Source: an uncultured virus (IMG/VR IMGVR_UViG_3300033074_001867)
Taxonomy: Duplodnaviria > Heunggongvirae > Uroviricota > Caudoviricetes
Reading direction: 5' to 3' (one strand)
Virus record (IMG/VR): IMGVR_UViG_3300033074_001867
Length of the DNA stretch: 64,000 nt
This document shows positions 29,475 through 39,111 of this stretch, piece by piece. The notes under the pieces were generated by a model, which was given only the letters and a program-made list of their open reading frames with translations, was not told the origin of the DNA and did not search any database. The position numbers were made by a program, and so were the translations under genes. Each line of letters starts with the position of its first letter. Position 1 is the stretch's first letter.

Positions 29475-30566
29475 ATGAAAAGAGAAATAAAAGTATTGCC
29501 GACACTCTTCACCGATTGTCTGTTTCCGGGATCATACATCATCAGAGGCGTAAAACGTGTTCTGATCAGTGAGTATGAATTCAAGGAATTTCCTGCCAAC
29601 ACACCATTAAAAGACATTCCGGATGAAGTGAACTTTTCTTTTGGAAAGAAAAGAGCGCAGATGATCCTTTCCTGGGAAACCAAAGAAGATGGAACTGCAC
29701 TTGACAGATGGAATGACGATAAACGAAATACAGTAGAACGTTTCTATATGGAACACCCTTCTACAATGGTCAACGGTAAATTCCATGCACATACTATTCC
29801 TAATCAGGGTCTTTATTTTGACCTTGTGGATGTGAATATGAAAGTGGTAACTGACTTCCAGGAGTGGGAAACCAAAATCAAGATCACCGGATACTTAAAT
29901 GAGCAGTCTTTTGAGAAGATCCGTGATATTGCCTTTTTCTACAGTGTGATCCCAACAGGAAAGACACAACGACAACTGATCTTGGAACTTGCAGATTTCA
30001 ACAAAGGAAAACTGTTCGTAAAAGATATCAACCAGAATTCACTTGCTGATGCCTTTGTTTCTACATGGATCAAAGAAGATCAGGGAGATAAGGATTATGT
30101 GGTGAATATCAAGAAAGCGGTGGACTTACGAGTAATCGAAACACGCATGAAAGACGGTGTTACAGCGTATTATGTTGGAGCAGATATTGTAGGTAACACA
30201 GAGATGGAAGTAGTGAAATTCTGCAAACTGAACATGGATGTGTATGAGAAAGTGATCTTACCGGGTATCCGTGACTATGAAAATTTCTCTTCTGAAGAAG
30301 CGGCATCGGAGACGGAAAAGAATATGGTGAATATCATTCCTTCCGACCTTGCTCAGATCATTAAGAAAAGACAAAAAGCACTTGACTTGTATGATGAACT
30401 GTTCAAAAGCAAAGCCAATGGCGGTTTTGGTCAGGGAACGGCAGTGAAAGTGAAGCGTAAACTGATCGAACGTCCCGATATCACGATCTCTAAGCTGGAT
30501 GAATTCATTCAGACCATGGAGATGCAGAAAGCAGCATTGATTCAGGAAAGAGAAGAAGTATTGTAA
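29475..30566 (+). CDS. conserved morphogenesis-region protein
   Basis: 363-aa ORF in the structural operon. Confidence 0.7.
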   Translation: MKREIKVLPTLFTDCLFPGSYIIRGVKRVLISEYEFKEFPANTPLKDIPDEVNFSFGKKRAQMILSWETKEDGTALDRWNDDKRNTVERFYMEHPSTMVNGKFHAHTIPNQGLYFDLVDVNMKVVTDFQEWETKIKITGYLNEQSFEKIRDIAFFYSVIPTGKTQRQLILELADFNKGKLFVKDINQNSLADAFVSTWIKEDQGDKDYVVNIKKAVDLRVIETRMKDGVTAYYVGADIVGNTEMEVVKFCKLNMDVYEKVILPGIRDYENFSSEEAASETEKNMVNIIPSDLAQIIKKRQKALDLYDELFKSKANGGFGQGTAVKVKRKLIERPDITISKLDEFIQTMEMQKAALIQEREEVL

Positions 30567-30591
30567 ATAACCATAAAAACAACGAAAAATC

Positions 30592-30831
30592 ATGAATAAG
30601 CAAGATGCAATCAATTTGCTCCCTACTAATGCTGAGGTGGAAAAAGATCCAATGGCAGCAGCAGAGGCTTGGGCGAAAGTCCCTGATGAAACAAAATCAG
30701 AACTGATCAAAGACGGCTCTGTTAGTGTGGATCACAATTTACTTGCCGGTCAGACGGTAGTGTATTTGTCTGACGAAGCTGAAACAAGCAAAATAGTCTC
30801 TAAGGGTAAATCTGAAGAGAGTAAAAAATAG
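30592..30831 (+). CDS. hypothetical protein
   Basis: ATG ORF before a terminator. Confidence 0.6.
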   Translation: MNKQDAINLLPTNAEVEKDPMAAAEAWAKVPDETKSELIKDGSVSVDHNLLAGQTVVYLSDEAETSKIVSKGKSEESKK

Positions 30832-30854
30832 TGCTTCATGTGGTGTGAACAATC

Positions 30855-30887
30855 GTCCTGTTTCCTGTAAAGGAGACGGGACTTTTT
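30855..30887 (+). terminator. intrinsic terminator
   Basis: GTCCTGTTTCCT-GTAA-AGGAGACGGGAC-TTTTT. Confidence 0.8.
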
Positions 30888-30957
30888 GCTTTAGATAGAG
30901 CGATGAAAATTCACCATTCGTGTAAAATTCACTGACTTTTCGGTTTACTTTGTGTTT

Positions 30958-32040
30958 ATGACAAGTGGCCTTGAACTAAAAAAGTACTTCGAGAACAAAG
31001 TTGACAAGAGCTATTCCAAGTTTGTAGACAATACAAAGCTGAATCGCATCTTTAAAATGGCGCTCTCCAACCTTTCTGAAAAGAAGTACATGGGCTTGGA
31101 GACCCAGAAAGAGTACGATGAAATGCGGTATGCTATTCATACAGAAATGGTGTTTCCGATCAGTAACAATAAGATCTCCATTGCACCACTGATGATCAGT
31201 AATATTACCACTACCGGTTTTATTGTTACGATCACTACACTCACTGAGCACAATCTTGATATCGGACAAGTCGTAAATGTTTCAGGCGTACAAGGACTTT
31301 CCACTACTCCGAATATCAACGGAGAAATTACAGTGTACAATATTCCTTCTCCTACGAGCTTTTCGTATGTCGCTACTTTTATCGGTGGCACCTACACTCC
31401 AAATACGGGCCTTATCACACATAACCGGATGATCGATGATTACCTTCATTTGTTTACAGTAAAATGTAAGACAAGAGAAAATATCAGAGGGCTGCAGGTG
31501 AGTCAATGTTTAAACCGTACTCCGGTGATCACTATCTTTAATAAGCACAATAACCTGGCAACAGGAGAAAAGATAGTTATAGCCAATCATCCCAATAACG
31601 ATATCAACGGCACTTTTTACTATGAAGCGATCACTACTAAAAAGGGGAGATTGTGGATGGATGAAACCAGACTTTTAGCAGTAGTAGCACCGGATAGCAG
31701 CGATGCAGGTGGAACTGTTTCACGGGAATACTATGAGTATGCAGAACCATTGTACTCTGACCGTAAGATCAGCTCCTTTGAAGTCTCTACTCCTACTAAT
31801 CCAAAGGTCCAGACTGCAGATGCGTTCTTAAAATTCTCACCTGATACCACAGAGATTACCATCGATTACTTCTCTTCTAATATCGCAGAAGTCGATGTAA
31901 GTAATAACACATTTGACCTTGAACTGGTCTTCCCTTTCAAGTTATTAATGAGACTGGTGGACGAAGCGATCATGATCTATACTTCTCCTTCACGGGATGC
32001 ACTACTGAATAATTTAACTGAAAGGGGTATGACTCCATGA
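30958..32040 (+). CDS. tail ring/adaptor protein with two inserted beta-barrel (FCCH-like) modules
   Basis: position after head genes; HNLDIGQVVNVSGV and HNNLATGEKIVI modules. Confidence 0.6.
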   Translation: MTSGLELKKYFENKVDKSYSKFVDNTKLNRIFKMALSNLSEKKYMGLETQKEYDEMRYAIHTEMVFPISNNKISIAPLMISNITTTGFIVTITTLTEHNLDIGQVVNVSGVQGLSTTPNINGEITVYNIPSPTSFSYVATFIGGTYTPNTGLITHNRMIDDYLHLFTVKCKTRENIRGLQVSQCLNRTPVITIFNKHNNLATGEKIVIANHPNNDINGTFYYEAITTKKGRLWMDETRLLAVVAPDSSDAGGTVSREYYEYAEPLYSDRKISSFEVSTPTNPKVQTADAFLKFSPDTTEITIDYFSSNIAEVDVSNNTFDLELVFPFKLLMRLVDEAIMIYTSPSRDALLNNLTERGMTP

Positions 32041-32687
32041 AGACATTAAGACAAATTATAGAGAGTGCTATTTCAACGGTGAGTGGTGGTTTATTCATTG
32101 ATGATCGTCACATATCATCTGAACAGATAGAATACAAAGCAGATGAAGGTCGTGCTCTTTGGTGTATTGATTACTACTCAAAAACAGGAACTATACATCC
32201 GGATTGGATTCAGAGATTCTATCCGGAATATGATTCAGAGATGCAGGAATCGAAGTGTATGACAACATTTTATTGTCCACACATCCTTGCCTTCATGGAT
32301 GGAACAGACGGATTAAGATACTTCGGAGCAAAAGATGGTTATGCAGATAACTTTACACGGATTCAAAGCAGAGCACAACTGGCCGCAATGATGAATCACA
32401 ATATCATGCGTATTGGAAGAAGGAATTATGTTCTTTATCAGAATGGTATTGGAGAGGCATATACAAAAACAAAAATAAATGATCCGATGATGGAAGGTGT
32501 TTTTGCCAGGCCGACAGAAATCCCTACTTTTAATAAAGAAAAGAGCAATTATCCTTTAGATCCTGCTGGGGTGGACTACTTAGAAAAGTATCTTACTCAG
32601 ACAGTTTTAAAGATGGAGATTTCTACGCCTAGTGATTCCCGAAGTGATGGAGTTGATTCTAATAAATTACCAAGAGCAGTTAAATGA
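32037..32687 (+). CDS. tail ring (tubular) protein
   Basis: TLRQII...DDRHIS.EQI......RA N-terminus resembling crAss-like ring proteins. Confidence 0.6.
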   Translation: MKTLRQIIESAISTVSGGLFIDDRHISSEQIEYKADEGRALWCIDYYSKTGTIHPDWIQRFYPEYDSEMQESKCMTTFYCPHILAFMDGTDGLRYFGAKDGYADNFTRIQSRAQLAAMMNHNIMRIGRRNYVLYQNGIGEAYTKTKINDPMMEGVFARPTEIPTFNKEKSNYPLDPAGVDYLEKYLTQTVLKMEISTPSDSRSDGVDSNKLPRAVK

Positions 32688-33439
32688 ACAATACGACCGG
32701 ATATAACAGCACAATTTCAATCGATCAAGTAATTTCTTCGGTTCAAGCTGACTTGGGTATAATGGGAGATAATTCTTTCTCGGTTGTGATAGAGAAATGG
32801 ATTAATGAAGCGATCAGGCATACGGGGACCAATCAGTTATTTGTAAAACGTCCAGCAATTCTAACATTACAAGATGGAAGAGCATGCTTACCGGTTGGCT
32901 TCAGAAAACTACTTGGTATCAGAGCAAAAGCTCCTTATACGATCACTACTCCAGGGGGAACAGAGGAAACGAGAATCAGGTATTTACCAATGCTTTATTT
33001 AGATACGCCATTTTTAAATGAGTGCGGTGTGACAGTAACGGAAACGAATGAACAACACGGAACAGGATACAGAAATTATTTGTCTTCATTTCAAATTGTC
33101 GGCAATGATATTGTTGCGAATGGGAATGTGCCCGATGGAACAGAAATTCAGATATCGTACTTGGGTTTTTCCGTGGACGAAGATTGCATGTTACTGATTC
33201 ATTCTGATTTTGAAAGAGCATTAAGTGCTTATGCACGTTATAAGTTCTGGACTGCTTTCCCAGAAAAAAAGCCACAATTCTCAATGACTTTAATGCAGGA
33301 TGCAAAGCGTGAGTGGATCAATCAGAAGAAGTGGTTAAAAGCACTAGCTACGTCAGAGGAGTTTAATAATAACAAATACATTATCAGGCAGTTAGCGAAA
33401 GCGTGGTATGTCGCACAAGGGGTTAATATGCCATCATAA
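32684..33439 (+). CDS. tail ring (tubular) protein
   Basis: ISIDQVI..V..DL....IEKWINEAIR; LP..F..L; precedes the muzzle gene. Confidence 0.6.
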   Translation: MNNTTGYNSTISIDQVISSVQADLGIMGDNSFSVVIEKWINEAIRHTGTNQLFVKRPAILTLQDGRACLPVGFRKLLGIRAKAPYTITTPGGTEETRIRYLPMLYLDTPFLNECGVTVTETNEQHGTGYRNYLSSFQIVGNDIVANGNVPDGTEIQISYLGFSVDEDCMLLIHSDFERALSAYARYKFWTAFPEKKPQFSMTLMQDAKREWINQKKWLKALATSEEFNNNKYIIRQLAKAWYVAQGVNMPS

Positions 33440-33444
33440 TAAGA

Positions 33445-36400
33445 ATGAAAAAAACACTCCAAGGATTTACGGTTTTAGATTTAGAAAATGATCCCTTGTC
33501 AATTGCTCCGGGCGGATACCGAGGTGCGCTTGATATAAGTCTGCTTTCCGATGGCAATGGAACGACTCAGAGTGTAGAGCCGGTCCTAGGTAATCAGTTT
33601 ACAGGTGACATGGGATCAGTGGCAGCACAATCTCAGATCATGCGTATCCAGCTTGCTACAGGTGCCGGAACGTATTCTCTTATTTTTAAACGTCCCAATT
33701 ACATTACTCTTGCCACTGTTTCCATTGCTCAGAATGCAAGTGCAGCAACTACGGTAAGTAATGCGATCACTGCTATTACTGCTGCTATTCCGGAAGCTAC
33801 AATTGTCAATTCATCTACTACTGATGTGTATGTGGATGTACTGATCTCAGATACAAGTTTGATTCAATATTGGGAGTGGCAGGTGTTCAATAACAGTGCT
33901 ACTCTTGCTGAGTTTACTATTTTACAGGAAGCAATTGATTTTGGTGCAGCAGGAGTATTTAAACCGATCGGATCCTTTGATCTACTCGGAGATCTGTTTG
34001 TATGGGGAGCTACTACTGCAGATGTTCCTGCAACTTTGGATATTGTTGCTATCACCGATAAGAACGGAATGGTGGAACTGGAAGTTCCTAACCATGGAAT
34101 TGTCGATGGAGCCGCTGTATCTGTATCAGGAGTAATTGATAACTCAGGAAATTCTTTGAATGGAGTATGGATTGCTCAGTCGGTAGTCAACGGATTTGGC
34201 GTTATTGATGCTGACCGATTTGTGTTGTATGGAAGTACCTATGATGCTCCGTATACGCTTACCAGTGCAAAAGTAACGATCAATATTTATTCTATGGGTC
34301 GGATCATTGTCTCCCAGGAAGATGTGATCGCCGGAACATTTACCAATACTGTTCTTCTTACTTCAAAAGAATTAAATTTAAGAGTACGGAAACAGGTGGA
34401 TACGTATGTAGAAAATAATTCTCAGTATACCGGGCTTTATTTTACGGATGGTTTTAATCCGATCAGAGTTCTTTATTACTACGGCGCTTATGCTACCAAT
34501 GGTTTTTTAAATAATTACTCTTACGGAACGATCGGTCAGGAATCGAGACTGATCATTCAGGATAGCAATATTACACTTGCCTACAACTCTACTATTACAG
34601 GAGTAGGTCAGTTAAAGAGTGGTGATTACCGGTATGCAGTACGATTTGTAACAGCAGGAGAAAGTACTTCCGGGTGGACGCAGTTAAGTAATATCATTAA
34701 TATCTACGAAGGACCGTTACTGGTAGGAGATACCGATGGAACGGCTACTTCAAGAGCGAATGTTTTTGATGTATCGGGAATTCCTTCCGGAATTTTTAAG
34801 TACATCGAACTTGCGTATGTGATCTATCAGGGAGAAGCCAATGCTGCTTTCTCTGCAGGACGATTTGTGATCACAGGACCGACTATGCAGTTAACGCATA
34901 CAGGGTATGGTACAGAAACAGAAGTTGATCTTGGCACATTACAAAGTGTGTATGCCGGATATGAAACTGCTGAAAGTCTTGATGTGCTTAATAACAAGAT
35001 GATCATCTCCAATCTGACCACTAATCAGATCAGGGATTTCTCTACGTTTGCCCAAACACTTACTCACGCCATTGAACGGGAACTAATTACCAGTGTTGGT
35101 ATCAGTACAACTACCGCTTTTGATAACTACCGATTTGGAGAATATTTTGATCCTCAGAATACATTCGGTAAAAAGACATTTGTTCATAATGAAACCTACC
35201 GGTATGCTCTTCAGGTAAAGCTGAAGAATGGTCCGCTACTGAGTAATAACTTCTGGATAGATGATATCCGTATTGATACCAGAGCCAATAATAACTTAGC
35301 CGATCCTACTTCTAACCGTAGAACTGCAGGTCTTACCGATTACCGTTTAATTGATTTTGCAGGAACGGGCAATGTGTATATCGCAAAAGTGGTCTTTGGA
35401 AATATTGACTGGAATTTTCCGATCGATGGAATCCGGCTGATCGATCTGGTAGAACGTATCTACATCAATCAGGTAGAAATGACCTCTCAGTACAAAGAGA
35501 TCTTAGGTACCGGATTGTGCGTGTATTTTGCAAGGTCTTCAGAGAACGTTAATACTACGGGTAATGACTTTGGTGCAGCTCAGGCGAACTGCCAGGTGCC
35601 GAACAGTTGGGCAACAGCAAGTTTGCAGGGAGAATTTAACTGGTTTACCGGGAACTCAGAACTTGATAACGGTACACTTCCCGGAGAATTACCGGTAACC
35701 TACAGTGATGCCAGAGTTGTAAAAACAGAAGGAATCAAATATGTTTCTTTCTATTCTCCTGATGATTATTTTAATAACGAATCTTTTGATTATAGGTCAG
35801 AAGACCGTATGCTGCAGTTTGTAGAACAAGACAGAGCAGTAATTGATAGCGATCAGGCCAATCAGGGTTATTTTGGAAATGCCTTTAAAGGAAAGTATCA
35901 GGAACTACTTGGAGGGACAGGAACTGATCCACTTGGAACAGCCTTTGATATTTTGCTCAATGATGTTCGTCAGGTCGGTATTGGAGGAACAGAAACATTT
36001 GGTGCCGTAGGTATCAGTGTTTCAAAAACGTGTTTCATTGGATGGGAAGACAATAACCTTGTGGCATATACAAACACATGGAATGCTCCGGCTTCTCCTG
36101 TGTGCTATGCCCAGTCAGGATTTGCACCCACTACTACCGGACACAATTATGGTCAGTACTACCGGCCAAAAGGATTTTATTTAAAGTTCGGGCCTAAAAA
36201 GGATAGTAAATATGTTCCTACCGGAGCTTATATAGATGCTCCTGCTATTGGAGTGATCGATACAGTGACCGTTTATGGAGATTCATTTACCCAAAGTTCG
36301 TTCTATAAACTACGTGCTCCTGCTGAACGCTACACTCCTTTTGGAGATCCTGCGATGCCGGTGCCTAATCACTTTTATCAGAATGGATGGGGTTATCAGA

Positions 36401-38322
36401 CGATGTTCTATTCTCAGAACAGAGTGAACTCCCAGATGCGCTATCCTAATAACGGACTTCCATTAAGTATCACTCCTTATATCTCTATTGATCAGTGGAA
36501 TAATGTGGCCTCTTTTGATAATGTCACTACTTCCTATACGGCAAGTTTTACACCCAGAAATCAGGTAAATGTACTTCCTGCCTATGATCCTGATGCAATT
36601 GATACGACTAAATTCCCTACACGGATAGCCTATTCTCAGACAAAGCCAAATGGCAGTACCACCGATGAATACCGGGATTTTAAGCCACTGGACTTCCGTG
36701 ATCTTGATATGGTCTCAGGAGCAATTATACATCATGAAATTTCTAACGGACAACTACTCACCTGGCAGCAAAGAAGTTTTCAAAGACAGTACTTCAATGA
36801 TACCGGTGCTCTTGTCTCCGCTGACGGATCAGAAGTCATCTTAGGTGATGGCGGTGCTCTGACCAGAAGAGGAGTAACACTTTCTTCTATTGGAACTACT
36901 CATAAATGGAGTATTATCAAAGGAGTTTCCAAAGGTGGTAATGATGTGATCGCATGGTGGAATACAGAATACGGATATGTGATCCGGTTCGGCTATGATG
37001 GCGTGAATCCTATTTCTTACGTTCATAACATCAATGGCTTTGTCGATAAGAATACCAAATGGGTCGATCTCAGACATACTCCTGCCGATGACGAAGGAAT
37101 TCGTGGTGTGTGGAACGATGAACGAAAAGAATACATCTGGACCATCAGAGGATTTAAAACGAATAAAGGAAGATTTAATCCTCGTAAATATTATGCTGCC
37201 GGCGATTCGGTATGGGTGTATGAAGGACTGACGCAAACTCCGAATATCTATAAAGCATTACAGGAAACCCGTGTTGTTCAAACGATCACGCTTCCTCCGG
37301 TAAGCATCTTTGTAAATAACGGAGATTTCTCAGCAGGTCTTTCCTGGTGGGTGACTAGCGGAGGTGGAATTACTGCGGTGCCTGGTGCTGCTCGTTATAC
37401 GAATCCGGGAAGTACAAACTTCTTTGGAGCACTCAATCAGGGACTTGCGGTAGTAATTGGAACCACTTATGATGTGACTTTTACGATCAGCAACTTTACA
37501 GATACTTCCGGAAATTTAGAAGTGAGAGTAGGTTTTAACAGTGCTACTGCTCCGTTCATTGTGACTGCAAATGGTACCTATACTGTTCCGCTACTGTGTG
37601 AATTCAGTCCGGCACTTGTGTTTTCTACGATCAGCAATGGAACGGGAGACACTTTTGATGTGACCGGTATTTCTGTGTTCAGACCTTCAGTGACTACTAC
37701 TTATTCAGTTCCACAACCGATAACAGATCCGGATTATTGGGAGTTACAGACTTCTCCGCTTGACAGAAATCAGTATACACTGGCTTTCTCAGAATTTAAG
37801 AACGGATTTTCATGCTACTACTCTTTCCTTCCATTGTTCTATGCAAAATGGAAAAAGAGCTATGAGTCCAATCCTGCTTTCTTTCCTCAGAACTTGTATA
37901 TTCATAATCGTGGTGCGTATAGCAGATGGTACGGAGGATTTGTGATCAGTAAGCCTTATATCATGGCGGTGCTGAATGAGAATCCAAATGATAAGAAAAG
38001 TTTTAATTCGATCGAATTGAACAGTTTGTTAGAGCCGAACAGTAACGGTAATGCGATAGATTTTCAAACGGAACAACATATTAGCTATTTACTTGCTTCT
38101 GATTTTGAACCGGATGAACTACATGATATCATGAGAGCATCGTGGATAAAAAATGACGCTACGGTCACTGCTGAAAATCCTAGTGGACTAAACGATATTG
38201 ATACCTCAGAACTATTCGGTGAATACCTGTTACTGAAATTCTACTTCACTCCTGAGATGTATAATAAACTCTTTGCAATGACAGTGAGCTATCAGATGCG
38301 GAGCAGGATGAATAATACTTAG
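33445..38322 (+). CDS. tail muzzle/stabilisation protein with accessory insertions
   Basis: 1625 aa, beta-rich; TRIAYSQTK, TLAFSE...FS.YYSF.P, KKSFNSIELNS motifs; CBM-like NGDFS insert. Confidence 0.7.
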   Translation: MKKTLQGFTVLDLENDPLSIAPGGYRGALDISLLSDGNGTTQSVEPVLGNQFTGDMGSVAAQSQIMRIQLATGAGTYSLIFKRPNYITLATVSIAQNASAATTVSNAITAITAAIPEATIVNSSTTDVYVDVLISDTSLIQYWEWQVFNNSATLAEFTILQEAIDFGAAGVFKPIGSFDLLGDLFVWGATTADVPATLDIVAITDKNGMVELEVPNHGIVDGAAVSVSGVIDNSGNSLNGVWIAQSVVNGFGVIDADRFVLYGSTYDAPYTLTSAKVTINIYSMGRIIVSQEDVIAGTFTNTVLLTSKELNLRVRKQVDTYVENNSQYTGLYFTDGFNPIRVLYYYGAYATNGFLNNYSYGTIGQESRLIIQDSNITLAYNSTITGVGQLKSGDYRYAVRFVTAGESTSGWTQLSNIINIYEGPLLVGDTDGTATSRANVFDVSGIPSGIFKYIELAYVIYQGEANAAFSAGRFVITGPTMQLTHTGYGTETEVDLGTLQSVYAGYETAESLDVLNNKMIISNLTTNQIRDFSTFAQTLTHAIERELITSVGISTTTAFDNYRFGEYFDPQNTFGKKTFVHNETYRYALQVKLKNGPLLSNNFWIDDIRIDTRANNNLADPTSNRRTAGLTDYRLIDFAGTGNVYIAKVVFGNIDWNFPIDGIRLIDLVERIYINQVEMTSQYKEILGTGLCVYFARSSENVNTTGNDFGAAQANCQVPNSWATASLQGEFNWFTGNSELDNGTLPGELPVTYSDARVVKTEGIKYVSFYSPDDYFNNESFDYRSEDRMLQFVEQDRAVIDSDQANQGYFGNAFKGKYQELLGGTGTDPLGTAFDILLNDVRQVGIGGTETFGAVGISVSKTCFIGWEDNNLVAYTNTWNAPASPVCYAQSGFAPTTTGHNYGQYYRPKGFYLKFGPKKDSKYVPTGAYIDAPAIGVIDTVTVYGDSFTQSSFYKLRAPAERYTPFGDPAMPVPNHFYQNGWGYQTMFYSQNRVNSQMRYPNNGLPLSITPYISIDQWNNVASFDNVTTSYTASFTPRNQVNVLPAYDPDAIDTTKFPTRIAYSQTKPNGSTTDEYRDFKPLDFRDLDMVSGAIIHHEISNGQLLTWQQRSFQRQYFNDTGALVSADGSEVILGDGGALTRRGVTLSSIGTTHKWSIIKGVSKGGNDVIAWWNTEYGYVIRFGYDGVNPISYVHNINGFVDKNTKWVDLRHTPADDEGIRGVWNDERKEYIWTIRGFKTNKGRFNPRKYYAAGDSVWVYEGLTQTPNIYKALQETRVVQTITLPPVSIFVNNGDFSAGLSWWVTSGGGITAVPGAARYTNPGSTNFFGALNQGLAVVIGTTYDVTFTISNFTDTSGNLEVRVGFNSATAPFIVTANGTYTVPLLCEFSPALVFSTISNGTGDTFDVTGISVFRPSVTTTYSVPQPITDPDYWELQTSPLDRNQYTLAFSEFKNGFSCYYSFLPLFYAKWKKSYESNPAFFPQNLYIHNRGAYSRWYGGFVISKPYIMAVLNENPNDKKSFNSIELNSLLEPNSNGNAIDFQTEQHISYLLASDFEPDELHDIMRASWIKNDATVTAENPSGLNDIDTSELFGEYLLLKFYFTPEMYNKLFAMTVSYQMRSRMNNT

Positions 38323-38645
38323 TAAGAGAAATAAAAAACTAAGTTTTCGTCTGCTTCCATTTCATTAATGGCTTGAAGTAGTCGTGGTTGTGCCAATTCC
38401 TCAATATTTTCTTTTATCCAATTACGTGTTTTATTAAAATCAATAGGGCGATAGTATTCTGGATATTCTTCTTCTTTATCAACATATTCAAATAATCCGG
38501 ATACTGCAAAATCTTTATCTCCGCCATATCTACACGAGTCCCACCATTTAGGTTCTTCTGTTTGATAGTACATCACAGTTTTACCTCCCCATGTTTCTTC
38601 TGGTTGCTTTCCTGTAATCTTGTAAAGTAAAATATTTAGTCCCAT
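38319..38645 (-). CDS. hypothetical protein, last gene of the inverted cassette
   Basis: 108-aa MGL-start ORF, AT-rich, convergent with the muzzle gene. Confidence 0.7.
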   Translation of the reverse strand: MGLNILLYKITGKQPEETWGGKTVMYYQTEEPKWWDSCRYGGDKDFAVSGLFEYVDKEEEYPEYYRPIDFNKTRNWIKENIEELAQPRLLQAINEMEADENLVFYFSY

Positions 38646-38646
38646 C

Positions 38647-38739
38647 TTAGTATATTATCATGTACACATTCCAAATAATATATGCTATTCCTGTAATTAG
38701 GAGAGCGATAAGGACTTGGAAGGCGGTGGGTTTTTTCAT
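38647..38739 (-). CDS. 30-aa single-TM peptide
   Basis: MKKPTAFQVLIALLITGIAYIIWNVYMIIY*; stop 1 nt before the next ATG. Confidence 0.5.
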   Translation of the reverse strand: MKKPTAFQVLIALLITGIAYIIWNVYMIIY

Positions 38740-38871
38740 GTTATAAAAATAAGCGAACCGATTATCCAGCCCAATACAAACCAACAAGTCATACCAATGG
38801 AACTTACAAAACTTCTCATGGGGTTTAAAAGAACTTTACGCTTTTGTAATTAAAATTTGACGTTAAAGAGC

Positions 38872-38920
38872 TTTTAATTTTCACTTTTGAGATTTGAGGT
38901 TTTATCTTTCAGCTTTTCAG
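38872..38920 (-). repeat. seven tandem degenerate heptamers NNNNAAA
   Basis: CTGAAAA GCTGAAA GATAAAA CCTCAAA TCTCAAA AGTGAAA ATTAAAA. Confidence 0.7.
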
Positions 38921-38930
38921 TTGTTTGGCT

Positions 38931-39003
38931 AACTATTGCTCTAACCAGCTGAGCTACACGCCCTTTTCGGACTTGACAGGAGTTGAACCTGTGACCCATA
39001 GTT
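38931..39003 (-). ncRNA. circularly permuted tRNA mimic (YrlA-like topology)
   Basis: T-arm ACAGG-TTCAACT-CCTGT precedes a loop-closed acceptor stem and D-arm GCTC-AGCTGGTTA-GAGC; no anticodon loop, no CCA. Confidence 0.85.
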
Positions 39004-39111
39004 GATAGCAGCATCCGCATTGCTGTGAGATCTCTCTCTTGGTTCCTATTTGACCCTGTAGGACGGGATTGGTGTTTGTGATTTTCAGATAACCGGTTCG
39101 CTAGTTTCTTT

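Larger units (their letters stand above)
38752..39102 (-). ncRNA. ~351-nt structured RNA with permuted tRNA-like domain and heptamer array
   Basis: 16-bp terminal stem 39087-39102/38752-38767, whose two non-WC pairs are G-U on the minus strand; internal tRNA-like module. Confidence 0.75.

Noticed and set aside
38931..39003. Conventional tRNA gene
   Set aside because: Halves are in the wrong order, with no anticodon loop and no CCA; reported as a tRNA mimic instead
38752..39102. tmRNA, or a MITE with terminal inverted repeats
   Set aside because: The acceptor stem is loop-closed and no tag ORF or CCA is evident; the IR mismatches are G-U-compatible on one strand only and I saw no target-site duplication
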